Assembly: GCF_001194135.2 (NCBI RefSeq)
Contig: NC_068983.1
Coordinates: 94,686,976-94,750,975, forward strand
Reading direction: 5' to 3'
DNA from: Octopus bimaculoides
Lineage: Eukaryota
DNA: 64,000 nucleotides
Part shown: one piece after another, positions 50,212 to 62,864 of the stretch
Layout: each line of letters begins with the position of its first letter
How positions within the stretch are numbered: the first letter of the stretch is position 1
Position numbers and translations under genes: made by a program
The notes under the pieces: generated by a model
The model's database searches: none
Told to the model about the DNA's origin: nothing
Seen by the model: only the letters and a program-made list of their open reading frames with translations

Positions 50212-52599
50212 ACTCTATGGCCAGACATAGTTAACTACATGTAAATACATTACTGGTGTATTCTTTAGAGCATGCTTCTTTTTCGGATATATGATCCACT
50301 GACACGTATGCATTTATTTATGAATAGATGGATGGGTGGGTGGGTGGTTGGATGGTACATAAAAACCTGCATGTGTGGGCCTATTCAAAAACATATATTT
50401 ACATGCATGCGTGTACAATATGCCAGGCCACTCTTGGGTGCTACTTGTGACCTGTAATCCAGGACAACTTTTTACATGTTCAGGTTGTCAGGGACTTAAC
50501 CAACAATCCCAGCAGACAAATCTAATGGGGATGTTGCTCCAGTAACAGTAAGACAAGACTTGTCAAAGGAAGGATGATCCCAGTATAAGGTCAACAGCTA
50601 TTTAGCAGTAATGTGCAAAGACTTAGAAACACTCAAGATGGGGAATGAGTGTGCTGTAAATCCACTGAGTGGTGGTTAGATGTGCTCTTTAGCCATGGTG
50701 AAGGCAGCTGTCTAGGAAAGGGTCACTGCAAATAATAACCTGGTATGTCAAGCTAATTATTTGCAACCATGGTGATCTTAACATTGTTTTGTTTTTGGTG
50801 ATTGTATGTATGGTTAAACATACATAAAATCTAACACTTTGCAAAACTTATCTTCTTTTTATTATGGATATTTTAGATCTTATCCATGCACAGATGTTAN
50901 NNNNNNNNNTCTTCTTTTTATTATGGATATTTTAGATCTTATCCATGCACAGATGTTACTTAACATATATGGTCTAATTAATTGTGTTGAACTGTCTTAA
51001 AATTATTTGACAGTCTTATATATATTGTGTATTCTTTGAGTAATACATGTTTGAGGATTGTCTTAAAATACAAAAATAAAACACTATCAACTTTAGAAAA
51101 TGTATAACTCACAAAATAATGAGAATGGCAAAAAGGGTGTGGGAATTGAAATTTTGAAATAAGAAACTACTAGGACATCATAGGATGAAACAAATTCTAA
51201 TGGTTAACATCAGCTACTGATGTACACAGAATTGAATTTNNNNNNNNNNTGTTTGTAACAGGTTCTTTGAATGTAGGGATTACAAAAGAACTTGACTGCA
51301 TCCTGGTTCCAATAAATGGCACATAATTGATTATGTTCTAACCAGACGGAAAGATTTGAATGATGAGACAAGTTTGAGTTTTAAGAGGCACAGTATTTGA
51401 CACGTTATAATTTTGCAGGAATTAAGGTAAACATCAAAGTAAAACCCAAAATTAATAAGCAGTTTTCAATGCTTAAAAGACTTGATGTCTGCTCTTCATA
51501 GTGACATGAATTAGATGGGTTATCATTGTCCAAATCACTCTGTATTTAAGTGTAAGATCAAAAGACCATGTCTTCCTTGTGTGTTCCATTTTAAGCCTGG
51601 TTTCTACAGCTGGATGCCCTTCCTAAAAACAGCCACTTTTTAAGTGTACTAAGTGAATTTTATTGTGGTTCTGCTACTAGAACTAGAGAAATTGTCATTT
51701 CCTTGATGCAAGTAAGGATCTGTTACTGCTCTTTCTTTATTCAGTCACCAACCATGTTACTGAGGATGCTGGGTAAATTTTGTTGTACCAACACTAGCAA
51801 AGCTGTCCTTACTAGACTAAAGAATTCTACATACACTCTGTTCTTGTGGTGAACATGACTGAAGGAATGAAAGAGGAGAGTGTGTGTAATGGGGAGAAAA
51901 CAGTGATAGGACGGTAGGGGAGAGAGTAATGGATGAGAAACTCTAATAGTTACATGTAAAACAGCATGAGTTGTAAGATGGGCTAGCAAACAGATGTATA
52001 ATAAGAGACTAAGCGATGGCTNNNNNNNNNNGTAAGATGGGCTAGCAAACAGATGTATAATAAGAGACTAAGCGATGGCTAGCAACAGAGATGAATGATG
52101 GTGAGACTAAAAGATTTAAACTAAGTCACATGAGAGAAAGAGTAATGGTTAGTGGTAGAGGGGGTAGTAAGTCGAACTGAATATGGACAAATCTGACGCT
52201 GTCTCTTTTTACACAGACATTACGATGGAAGAGAGGTAGAGTGATAGAGAGATTTTGATGGTTGTTTGGGTAAGTCATCATCATCATCATCGTTTAACAT
52301 CCAGTCTCCATGCTGGCATGGTTTGACATGGAGCTGAGCTGGCTAGCAGGGAGTTGTCCAGACTCCAACTGACTTGTGGCATTGTTTCTATGACTGGCAT
52401 GGATGCTTTTTAAGTGGCACCAGCACCTGAAAGGACAAGCCTNNNNNNNNNNTGGCATGGATGCTTTTTAAGTGGCACCAGCACCTGAAAGGACAAGCCT
52501 GTACAAGTGAAAGACACCAATTTTACTTAGCTTGACATGTTTTATCAAGTGCAGCAAATCGCTACTTCTCCTGGTCCCTTGCCATTTTCTTAGAGGGAT

Positions 52600-52830
52600 A
52601 ATGATAATGGCCAGTGGCAAAAGGGTTGAGTAAATGCATCTCCTGCAGTTGTTTCAATAAGACTATTGTATTGGTAGTATCTCTTCCTGGCACAAAACTG
52701 AACTGCATTTCATCTAGTCTGAATTTTCTTCATTTGTGCCATGACTCATTCTGCAACTTTCATAACTCCATTCACTCTGATGTCAGTTTCAACAGTTGGT
52801 CCTTTTGTTGGGTCTCTTTGAAGTAGACCC
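52600..52830 (-). mobile_element. RTE LINE RT fragment
   Basis: The minus strand reads ...LDEMQFSFVPGRDTTNTIVLLKQLQEMHL, matching the RTE QFGFVPGxxTTDAIFxxRQLQEKY motif. Confidence 0.7.
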
Positions 52831-52982
52831 TCTATTTGTCATACATTCTCCACATTCAGCAGCTTCTCATAGTTGCACTTTTATTCCTCATCTACATTGA
52901 CATACATAAACTTGTCTCTTAGTTCTCTTTGCAGCAATATCCCACCACCATTTTATATTGCATCAAGATGGAATCTTGCACA

Positions 52983-53018
<36 letters not shown>

Positions 53019-53489
53019 CTAGCTGTGTATGTGTATGTATTAAGACACATTTTCTATATGGCTGCAAACCATTCTTTATCACAATGGCAATAAGTTAAAT
53101 AAACTCTGACAACTACTCTTGCCAAGATTTTGGGATTTCATTCCACAGCAAGATCACCAATATAAATATGCTTTGACGTGTGTGTATGTATTGCTAAGTA
53201 GATATATTTGAATGAGGGTACAAAATGAAAATTAATTTAATAGTGCATTGACTGGAACTAGTGCCCTATGAATATATGGTTATGAAGAACTATATAAAAA
53301 AATAGGTGTTTGATTTGTTGTATTAGTAAGCTGAGGAGAGTTTAGAAGTTGCATTGTGTTTGTCATTTGTACTTCCATGTAATGAAATTGTTATATGTAT
53401 GTCTTTTTATTATAAATCAGTTAATTAATTTAAGTCTCTCTCTTCAAAATTGTCTTACTGGGTGGGTCCATGGATAATATAGTAGTGTG

Positions 53490-54090
53490 AGAGGATTATT
53501 AACTAATGAGGGAGATACAGGTGTGTATGGAGAGAGATTGCTGATGGAGATGGGGACTGGAAATGGGGTTAGGATGGAAGGTGTAAGAAAAACATTTTGT
53601 TACCTAAATACATGGAAGAAATTCCAGGACCTTAGTGGTGTGCTATTGAAAAGAGGATACACAGTTTTGCTAAAACTGAAGGGTAGAGTGTATGTTGCAT
53701 GTGTGAGAAGTGCTATGATTTATGTGCACGAGGCATGGATAATGAACCTGAAACAATAGAGAGGGCTGAAAAGAAAAGAAATGAGAATGGTTCATTGGAT
53801 AAATGGAGTAAAGCTGAAAGAAAGAGAGAGAAGGGAGGGAAGACGAGCAATTAATCACAGAGGATGAAGGGAATAAAATCAGTGATGGATATTAAGAAAA
53901 ATTGGATGAGATTGACTGGGTCATGCACTGAGGAAGTAGGAAAGAGGGGTAGTGGGAATGAATATGGAAAGAAATAGAGAAAGGAAAAAATTTGGAAAGA
54001 CATGATTGAAAATGGTGGAGGAAATAAGGGTAAGGAGATTGGTGAGGTGGATTTAGAGAACAGAGAAGTCTGTTATGGGCCTGCAAAGCT
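53490..54090 (+). mobile_element. RTE LINE 3' portion, decayed
   Basis: TWKKFQDLSGVLLKRGYTVLLKLKGRVYVACVRSAMIYVHEAW...RAEKKRNENGSLD, an RTE C-terminal motif. Confidence 0.75.
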
Positions 54091-54842
54091 AAACTTACCT
54101 GTAGCAGGGAAAGGAAATGGTTTTAGAATGTTGTCTTCAAAGTTTTCTTCCTGTTTGATGTATATATTGTTTAAAAACAATATACACTCATAATGGCCTA
54201 TGTAACATTGTCAAATTGGTATTAACTGCCAGTATAAATGCTTTTTCGTAACCACATTGGCATATGCTACAGTTTCATAAGTTCAGTTAGTATGAGGAAT
54301 CTAACATTTCAGGCTTTATCTTGTCCTTCATCTACACTGATATAATTATATACTAGTGAAGAGATACTATGGATCTATGGATGTAGTGGCTCAGTTTGCT
54401 CTGCTCCAGTTTATATCTGTATGAAGGTAACTGATTCAAGAATTGTTTCACTTTTTTCCTAATCCTTTTTCTAACTAGACTACATTGTTTATGCATTTCA
54501 ATTACTCAAAATAAGAATTTAAAGTTAGTCAAAACAAATGATAGTCATTTTATTAAATGACTAATGTTCTTTTTCTTTTTAAAAATAATGTATCTATTCT
54601 TGTCTATTCAACTATTAATTAAATGGTACAATGTGTTTCCATCAAGGTCAGTGTCTTGATACATAGCAAAGTAATGTTGTGTGCCAAGAAATGTTTTCAT
54701 GTCCTTGGCACCTATACCATAGTACCCTGGATTATCATCCCTGATTTTGATGTATTTTTTTATAACATTGGTTTTTGTTTTGTTTTGTTTTTTCACTTAT
54801 TTCTACCAGTTTTATTTATAACTCTTGTAATATTTATTGCAG

Positions 54843-55037
54843 GGTGTTCTCACTTTTTTGGCTGTTCAGAAGTACCGTTTGGGTGCAGGTGAAGCTTTCA
54901 CAAGTGGCTATGAACCAGAAGCAAATGTTTCCTCTCCCTATTCTTCCTTCCCAGGAAGTGAGACTGGTGATCCATATCAGCAACCACCATTTAGTGCGCA
55001 AAAAGAAGCTCCAGATTTTCAAACACCTACCTATTAA
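54843..55037 (+). CDS. SYNGR: Synaptogyrin, terminal coding exon (end of TM4 and Tyr/Pro-rich cytoplasmic tail)
   Basis: Acceptor ttattgcag|GGT, phase 0. Reads GVLTFLAVQKYRLGAGEAFTSGYEPEANVSSPYSSFPGSETGDPYQQPPFSAQKEAPDFQTPTY*. The LAxQxYxxG and YQQP motifs and the C-terminal Tyr are typical of synaptogyrins. Confidence 0.94.
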   Translation, partial: GVLTFLAVQKYRLGAGEAFTSGYEPEANVSSPYSSFPGSETGDPYQQPPFSAQKEAPDFQTPTY

Positions 55038-58000
55038 CTCTTGAATCAACTTATCCAAGCAAAAGAAGAAACTATTAGAGACAATTGAAAGGCATGAGTG
55101 TTAGCGGCAGGATAATATCCTGAACTTGCAAACACCTGATGTTAAGGGATCACGTGGAAACTGTCTACAGTTTGAATGTTACATGTTACTGGCAGTAACT
55201 GTAACTGTGCCAACACCAGCCATTTTTTTTTCAATTGCTCAGACTGGTATGGGCATTGTTGCTGGATTTCTTTATGAAATAATACTGTCAAATCTTGACT
55301 CTTTTTTCAATATTTTAGAGTTGGCTTGAAATAATATTCTAAAAGTCAGTCTCTTATTCCTGCCATCAGGTGTCAGCACTGTCTTGGTTGTATAAATTGG
55401 TGTTACTAGTCAAGTGTATAATTTACAAGTAAAGAGATATTAAGTTTTAAAGACATTTGAAATTATTAAGATTTTAAAAGTATTGTGTAACAAGAGTGTT
55501 ACCATCATCTTATTTTATTTTCTTCAGCTTATTAAAAGAAAATTTTTTGCTTACTTAAAAATATAAACAATAATACAAGTGAGATATTATTTATACAACT
55601 TATTTTTATAGCTGTTTTTAAGTAATATATAAAATAGCTTTACAGGAATTTTTTTTTCCAAAGCATTTTCAAANNNNNNNNNNATATATAAAATAGCTTT
55701 ACAGGAATTTTTTTTTCCAAAGCATTTTCAAATTAAGTTTATATAACTTATTTCTCTATTACCTTCTGATAATACCATCAAAACAATAAAGCTCTCTGCT
55801 TATTTGCTAGACTTTGAAGCCACTAGTGGTATGTGGTTGTGTTTGACTCACTTGACTATTCTCCAGTCTCATTGACTGTATGTTTGCCATTAGAGAAAAA
55901 CTCAGCCTGAAATGTTGTGTATCTGTAAGATTTTACAGCTGGCAATAGTTCACCAACCACCAAACTGACCACTTTGCTACTTTTTATATTAAACAATGTA
56001 AAATGTTTAAAACATTGAAAAGTCTCTCTCTCTCTCTCTTTTTACTTTTTTTTTTCTTTTTTTTGCATTCTGTTGGTTATTAGCAATAAGCGAAATAAAT
56101 AGCCACTTTATCTTTAGTTCTGTTCAGATTTAGTGTCTAAATTTCTTATACTTTTGATTACTTATCAGAATCATCAGAAAGGAGGTATTTTGGAAATACT
56201 ATTAAAATTTCAATTATATTCATCCAAACATCTTTTATTCCCTAAGTCAACACTTTCCTTCTTGATTCAAAACAAACACAAAAGATTTATTTAGACTTAT
56301 TCATAATGCAATAAACATATCTTAAAATTACTGGTAAAGTATCCAATTGTTTTATTATAATNNNNNNNNNNTATAATAATTTTTGGAGTGTGGGAATTGA
56401 AGTCATGAGATGTGTTGCATTCCATGCTATTATCTTTAGGAATGACCTTGTTATTGTGTTGCTCTCCTGATCAGTCTATTGTTCTCCAACACTGATCTCT
56501 CCTCTCTTCTTGGACATGAGTTATATACCAACTGCTGATGTATCAAGATCCTCATTATCTGGGAAGTCATGCAGAATTTTACTAGCAGTGTTCTCAGGCT
56601 GTCATTGCTCAACAAGTTTGACATTGGTCAGCCTACTCTGCTGACCCTTTCATCTCATTGCTTCAGTATTAGTTTTGTTTCATACCATTTTTTTTTCCAG
56701 TAAAAAAAAAAACAATCAACTAGGTAGCCTGGGATAATAAAAGAAAAAAGGAAAAAAACCAAAAAAAAAAAGCGTGTAAGATTGGTTTTTGAATTACATT
56801 TTCACTTTAGAGCTATTGGGTTTTTAGTTATTCCAGTGTTTACATTTCTAGTCGAATTTAGCTTAACACATTATGTTAACACATCAGTTTGTTTTCTTTA
56901 GGTTTGGTCGTTTAATTAGTCTGTTCCAGTTCCTCTATATCATTTTGTAATCNNNNNNNNNNGTTCCAGTTCCTCTATATCATTTTGTAATCAATATTAT
57001 TTATTCTCTGCTGTTTAGTAACAACTATCTAAATTGAAATATTTAACTAGCTAGATAGCTGTGTGTGTGTATATGTGTGTGTAAAATTTATATGCACACA
57101 AAAATTTGCATATACTTTGATGGATATAGTAACGTGTTATTGTCATTAACTCTTTGCCATATTTAAAAAAAAAAGAAAGCTAATAAAATAATAAAAAGAA
57201 TTCTATTTAGTGCTAAGTGTTTTTTAAAATAGTTTACTTTCTCTGTACTATTTCTTATGAAGTTATTTTCACATAACCTGACAGTTTCTATCATAATTTT
57301 CTTCCATGTCAAACAGCTATTTATGTCTAAAACTCATCTCAGTTCTTTAGAAAGTATAAAAATCTTAAATTCCAAGAAATGTAGTGCCATCTACTGTTAA
57401 TTGTTGATTGCTTAATTAATACATTTTCTGTTCATCTCTTCCATTCATTGTTTGGCTGGAAGTATATATGGTTATCTCATTGTATTGTTCTTGAAACTTT
57501 ATTTAGACCTCTTAATACTTTGTTTTACTTCAAATTAACTTAACACTTTTGAAGGTTTTTAACTAAAACAGAACAAAAAATTTTGGTTTCTAAAACATTT
57601 TTATTAAATCTTTTAACTAGATTTGAGAATATATGCTTTATTTTTAAGTTATTTTTTATACTCACATCATTCCAAAATACATTTATGTATCAATATTCAG
57701 TTTCTTTTTTTTTTTTTTCTTAATTGTTGTAATTTTGTTTTAACTATGCAAATTTAGGGTTGTTGAAAATGTTTTCCCCCACCTCCAAGAGATAAGGAAT
57801 GGGTGTATGTGATTGTGTGTATGGACATTCAGAATTCATATTCATAATTTATTATTTGGTAAGCAATGTGCATCTAGTTATTTGTCTTGACTTGCATCAA
57901 TCCACTGGTTTTCATGCTAGTTGTGATTTGATGTCCAAAAGCTACATTGTATGAACTTGCATGCATTCTACAGTCCAGTCATAACACTCAGCCAACCCCA

Positions 58001-58810
58001 AACCACATCTGCAACATTGTTATTGTTATGTTTTTGATTATTAATATTGTTGATGAAAATATAACTAAGAAATTCAATAAAGAAAATCTGTTTCTTCTTA
58101 CTTTCTATCTCTGCCCTTAACAGCTTATACATTCACAAAATTGAGTCCTTTAATTTATTCAGTTTATTTTATTGCCCAATATTTTTAGCTTCAGATTACC
58201 AAAGAATATTTTATGTTGGAGATTAGCACTTAATCTTCTTTTAATGAAAGGTATTCTTTTTTGTTTTGCAAGTTTTCATTTTTTTATCTAATCTTTATTT
58301 AAACAGTATTTCTTTTTTTTAATTATTTCAATTGTGGCACAAACTACTTTGTCTTGTACAATCTTATCTCAAGTTACATGGAGTTGTCTCTCCTGTAACA
58401 ANNNNNNNNNNNNNNNNNNNNNNNNNNNNNNNNNNNNNNNNNNNNNNNNNNNNNNNNNNNNNNNNNNNNNNNNNNNTTTTCACATTATTCACTTTGTTTC
58501 AACAAAATGTATTTAACAATCCTATCCTTTATATATAATTCTTTCTTCTGTAAGATATATATAAATCAGAAACAATAGTCTTAAAGCATATCTTTTAGTG
58601 GATTTGATAAATTACTGCTAAAATATATTTTTGCTGTTGAGATTTCTACTGTTATAATATATTCATTGTAACTAACTTGAAACAAAATTGGGCATTATAA
58701 GCATCTAATTATGTTATAGAATATTTTCTTTTAAACAAAAAAAAAAATGAGCCTTTTTTTTTTTTTTTTTTNNNNNNNNNNTTTTTTTTTTTTTTTTTTC
58801 AAATAAACTT
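55038..58810 (+). other. Putative long 3' UTR of synaptogyrin
   Basis: Follows the stop codon. U/A-rich, with no recognisable SINE or LINE until about 59240. AATAAA at 55785, 58076 and 58802 among others. The end point is not determinable from sequence. Confidence 0.5.
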
Positions 58811-59883
58811 TGTAGGCCTGCAAGGAAAGAAAACTGTAGGCTTATTTCTCAAAATATTCATTAAAGTGAGATCTTTACATTAATGTATAGTTAAACGTTT
58901 TACTGTTGATTAGTTTTGGGCTCACAAGATGCAGATTTTTGTTGCAGCTTTACCATTCGATAACCAATATCTCAAACTACATGAAAACAAACAAGTAGAC
59001 AGCTCTTAACTTTTCTTGTCTCCATTCTTGCAAGGCCATGCACAACATCTGAACGCATGCAACGAATGTCAACTAGTCAGACATTGTCATACTGTACAAG
59101 TTGTAACTACACTTTGTGGCTGTAATAAACTATTAGGACTGTTTCATTGTCTTATGTCATTCTTTCGGCACTTGAAACGTTAACTTTTAGAAATTTATAA
59201 TATAATTTTTTTCTTTCTTTCTTTCTTTCTTTCTTTCTCCAACAAGCACAAGGCCTGAAGTTTTGTAGTGGTGGTTGAGGGGTGGCTAGTCAATTACATT
59301 GACCTCGTTGCTCAACTGGTAACTATTTTATCAACCCTTAAGTGATGAAAGGCAAAGCAGACTTCAGCAACATTTGAACTCAATGTGAAAATGTGACAGA
59401 GATTAACTTTGCTTTTCTCTTTTCAGGTTTGATAAGTACCACTTGGGCACTAGGGTCAATGTAATCGACTTCTCCTCCCCAAATTTTCAGGCCATGTATC
59501 TACAGTTGAAAGTTTTGTTTTTTTCTTCCCACACACACTCATTATCCATGCTTGACACTGAATGTTTTAATTTTAAACCAGGAAATTTTTTTAACAAAAT
59601 CTTCCCCCAGCATTTCCAGGCTTTTATGCAAATGTTTTTGTATAGCCCAATGTGCCTATGATACAAGAACTATAAGTTCTACACTAGTTCACTTTAGCTG
59701 TTCTGTTTTGCAGCGATGTCTGCTAGGCAGTTGACTTCCTCAGCAATATGTGACTTTTGTTCCTTGTCTCATAGAAGAATATTAGGTCTGTTATATGAGC
59801 ACTGAATTATTGTTTTTATTGCAATGTTCCACCAGTATTTGCAATTTTTAAAGATATGAACACGTTGGATAGTTTTGCAAATA

Positions 59884-60834
59884 TGAGGTGCATTCAAAAG
59901 TATCCAACTTTATTTTTTCCCACCAAAACTAATGCTGTGTGGGCAAAATCCTTCGTGTTGTAGGTGACACCACCCTTTCTNNNNNNNNNNATGCTGTGTG
60001 GGCAAAATCCTTCGTGTTGTAGGTGACACCACCCTTTCTGTGCATACATGAAAATTTTTGTGCCAATAGCCTAGTTGTTATACCTAGAGTACAGACATGT
60101 AGTGTACACTTGTCAAATTTTCATTTTCACCAAAAACATTGAGCAGAGACATTACATCAAGTTTTGCCGAAGGCTTGGTGATACTCAAGCTCAAACCATC
60201 CAACAGATTCAATAGGCCTTTGCTGAAGACACCATAGGAAAAACTCAGATCAAGGAAGTGTACAACCATTTCAAACATGGCCACACCTCAGTGGACAATG
60301 AGGCATGTATGGGTAGGTCATCCACATGCCGAAATGAGGAGTTAATTGAGAAGGTTCAGTGAATAGTTGTGGAAGACCACCATGTAACAGTCCAGAAAAT
60401 TGTTCATGAAGTAAGAATAAGCACAGAATCAGAACTTTCCATTTCAATGGAGGATTTATGAATACAGAGAGTGTCGGTGAAATTTGTGCCCAAGGTGCTG
60501 AAGAGCAGCAGAAGTAATGACATGGAAATTGCTCAGAACATGCTGGATTGTGCTAACCATGACCCAGAAATCATGAAGACCATCATCACTGATGATGAGA
60601 CATGGGTTTATGGTCTCTGCTTGATGTGTTTGGTCATCTTGTTTGAAAACGAAAATCTGACAAGTGTTTACTACGTCTGCACTCTAGGTGTAACAGCAGG
60701 AAACTGACGTGGCTTCTTGACATGAAAATTTTCATGCATGCACAGGAAGGGTGATATCACATCCCACCCAAAGGATTTTGCCCATGTAGTTTTGGCAGGA
60801 AAAAATAAGTTGGATACATTTTAAATGCATCTCA
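59884..60834 (+). mobile_element. Non-autonomous mariner derivative: the 5' half of the transposase followed by an inverted copy of the element's own 5' end
   Basis: TA|tgaggtgcattcaaaagtatccaac...gttggatacattttaaatgcatctca|TA. The internal reading includes IEQRHYIKFC, RVSVKFVPKVL and MKTIITDDETWVYG. Sequence 60613-60834 is the reverse complement of about 59884-60150. Confidence 0.88.
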
Positions 60835-61031
60835 TAAGTTTGCTAATGTTGTCAAACACTTTTGAACAGCTACTGTTATTAGTAACCTCTTCCACATTGG
60901 TATGAGACAACACAATGTGAAGGCATCCTTATCTCTTTTATTGAGCAGGTATTTTGTAGCTATCGCCTATTCCTAAATAGTAGAGGTGTTTCTTTCCAGA
61001 TAAGATGTGATTTATCAATCATATTTTGGAG

Positions 61032-61290
61032 AGATTATTTCCTTATTTACATTTGACAGATATTTGTCCTCATCTTGTTTGTTGTTAANNNNNNNNNNAA
61101 CACATTTCGGCTGATATACCATCCAGCCTTCATCAGGTGTCTTGGGGAGATTTTGAACCTGGTTTCTCATTCCTAAGGTATTTTTCGATTATTATTATTC
61201 AAGTTACAACAAACAAGACGAGGACAAATATCCATCAAATGTAAATAATGTACATNNNNNNNNNNTCCATCAAATGTAAATAATGTACAT
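61032..61290 (-). mobile_element. Penelope-like pseudo-LTR fragment with a hammerhead-like core, flanked by ~45-bp inverted repeats
   Basis: The minus strand reads gacacCTGATGAaggctggatggtatatcagccGAAAtgtgtt. ttatttacatttgacagatatttgtcctcatcttgtttgttg (about 61044-61084) is inverted at about 61207-61248. Confidence 0.55.
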
Positions 61291-61889
61291 AATTCCTCAT
61301 CTCTTAAATAAATATAGAACCAGATTATTTCCTGTCAGTATTGTTGTTATTCTCTACCTTGTGGAATACATTACATGACTAACTATATGCTGCTTATTTG
61401 CGTGTTTCTATTCAAGTGCTTTATTCCATCTACCCTTGATTCACACAGAACAGCTGTACATTTCAAAATCTGCTGAAATATTCCTTTGTCACTTCAACTT
61501 TACTCACAATACAAAGACATGCAACATTCTCATCAGTTTCAAAATGCTTGTAGCATTTATTTTTGGAGATAGGTCATTGATATCCATGATACTCAACTTG
61601 AAGGGCAGTAACTCTGAGTAAGAATTGACTGATCTTGACAACCCACTCAACCCATACCAGCTTGGAAAGTGGATACAAAAACAATGATGTATATGTGTGT
61701 GTGATAACAAACAACTGGGAAGGAGTTTATATACTGCCAGACTGAACTCATGAAATACTAGTCTCAATATACAAAGACAAAGGATCTAAATTTTGGTGTA
61801 ATAATTAATGTCATATTACTTTCTCAAAGTTCATTCAGAAGGTTTTTATCCATCTGCTCATCTTCAGTAGTACTCAATACACAATCTTG

Positions 61890-62500
61890 TTTTAGATCAG
61901 GTTGGGGTATTATGGACATTGTTTTTCTCAACTTCTAGTAAAATGTATCAAGCAACAGGTGCTTCTATATCAAGTTTTTGTTGACTAATCTAAAGCCTTA
62001 ATCATTGTCGAAAGTTCTTGAAAAGTTGAGTTATTTGCCAAATTTTGTGAACATGTTTCAGGAACTATGTAGTAACATGAAGGCTTGAGTCACTTCAGAA
62101 GCCAACTTTATAATGAAATTGATATAGACAATATAGTTAAACAGGATGTTTCCAATATGCTTTGTTTTGTATTCTACTTCTTCTTTTCAAATATGTACCA
62201 TAAATAATATGAACAGTCTTTGACCTGAAAAGATTCAACTGTGTAAGATGACTTACAAAGAAAAGTGCTGGGGTCGATTTACTCAACTAAAGGTGGTGCT
62301 CCAGCATGGCCGCAGTCNNNNNNNNNNNNNNNNNNNNNNNNNNNNNNNNNNNNNNNNNNNNNNNNNNNNNNNNNNNNNNNNNNNNNNNNNNNNNNNNNNN
62401 NNNNNNNNNNNNNNNNNTATGCTGATGACACAAAGATATCTCAGGCAATAAAGAATCCTGATGATGTATTGAGTGCCATACACAGAAAAATGTTTTCACA
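61890..62500 (+). mobile_element. LINE RT fragments, interrupted by a SINE end and a gap
   Basis: YADDTKISQAIKNPDDV (RT YADD motif) at about 62418, with decayed RT-like sequence upstream. Confidence 0.6.
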
Positions 62501-62806
62501 ATAAATTCTGAAATAATCGAAATCTACACCATCTGAAGCGTATTTGTTGAAAATTTCATTGAAAGTATCCATTTTTCTGGAAGCTATGAGAAAACAAAAT
62601 CAGGAGGGGCACACATCATCGCATTTAATTATTCATTGTGAAAAATAAAGAGTATTTATTCATACCAGTTTCCTGTCTATATGTATACATATATACCGAT
62701 AGCTATAAATCTACCTACTACATCTAAACTCATTATTGAAAAAATAAATATTCATATGAACTCATTATTGACAAATAAATATTCAAAAGAAAAAGAACAA
62801 TCTTAC

Positions 62807-62864
62807 CATTGCCTGCACCGGTAATTAGTACCACTTGTCCATCGAACTGTAGCGGCGAAGCCAT
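62807..62864 (-). CDS. HSD17B4: Peroxisomal multifunctional enzyme type 2 (D-bifunctional protein), first coding exon
   Basis: The reverse complement is cagacATG GCT TCG CCG CTA CAG TTC GAT GGA CAA GTG GTA CTA ATT ACC GGT GCA GGC AAT G|gtaagattgttc, encoding MASPLQFDGQVVLITGAGN-G. This closely matches the HSD17B4 N-terminus (human [20 protein letters not shown]) and begins the SDR TGxxxGxG motif. The exon is 58 bp and ends at a phase-1 donor. Confidence 0.87.

Noticed and set aside
54357-54426. Possible 70-nt poison exon (ag|TGAAGAG...TGAAG|gtaact) in the last synaptogyrin intron
   Set aside because: The acceptor has no polypyrimidine tract, and such AG/GT pairs are common by chance.
951-62417. 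Dozens of apparent 20-60 bp tandem duplications around ~10-N gaps, superficially like a repeat-spacer array
   Set aside because: Each duplicate is unique and always flanks a gap. This is the signature of unmerged contig overlaps, not CRISPR or real tandem repeats.
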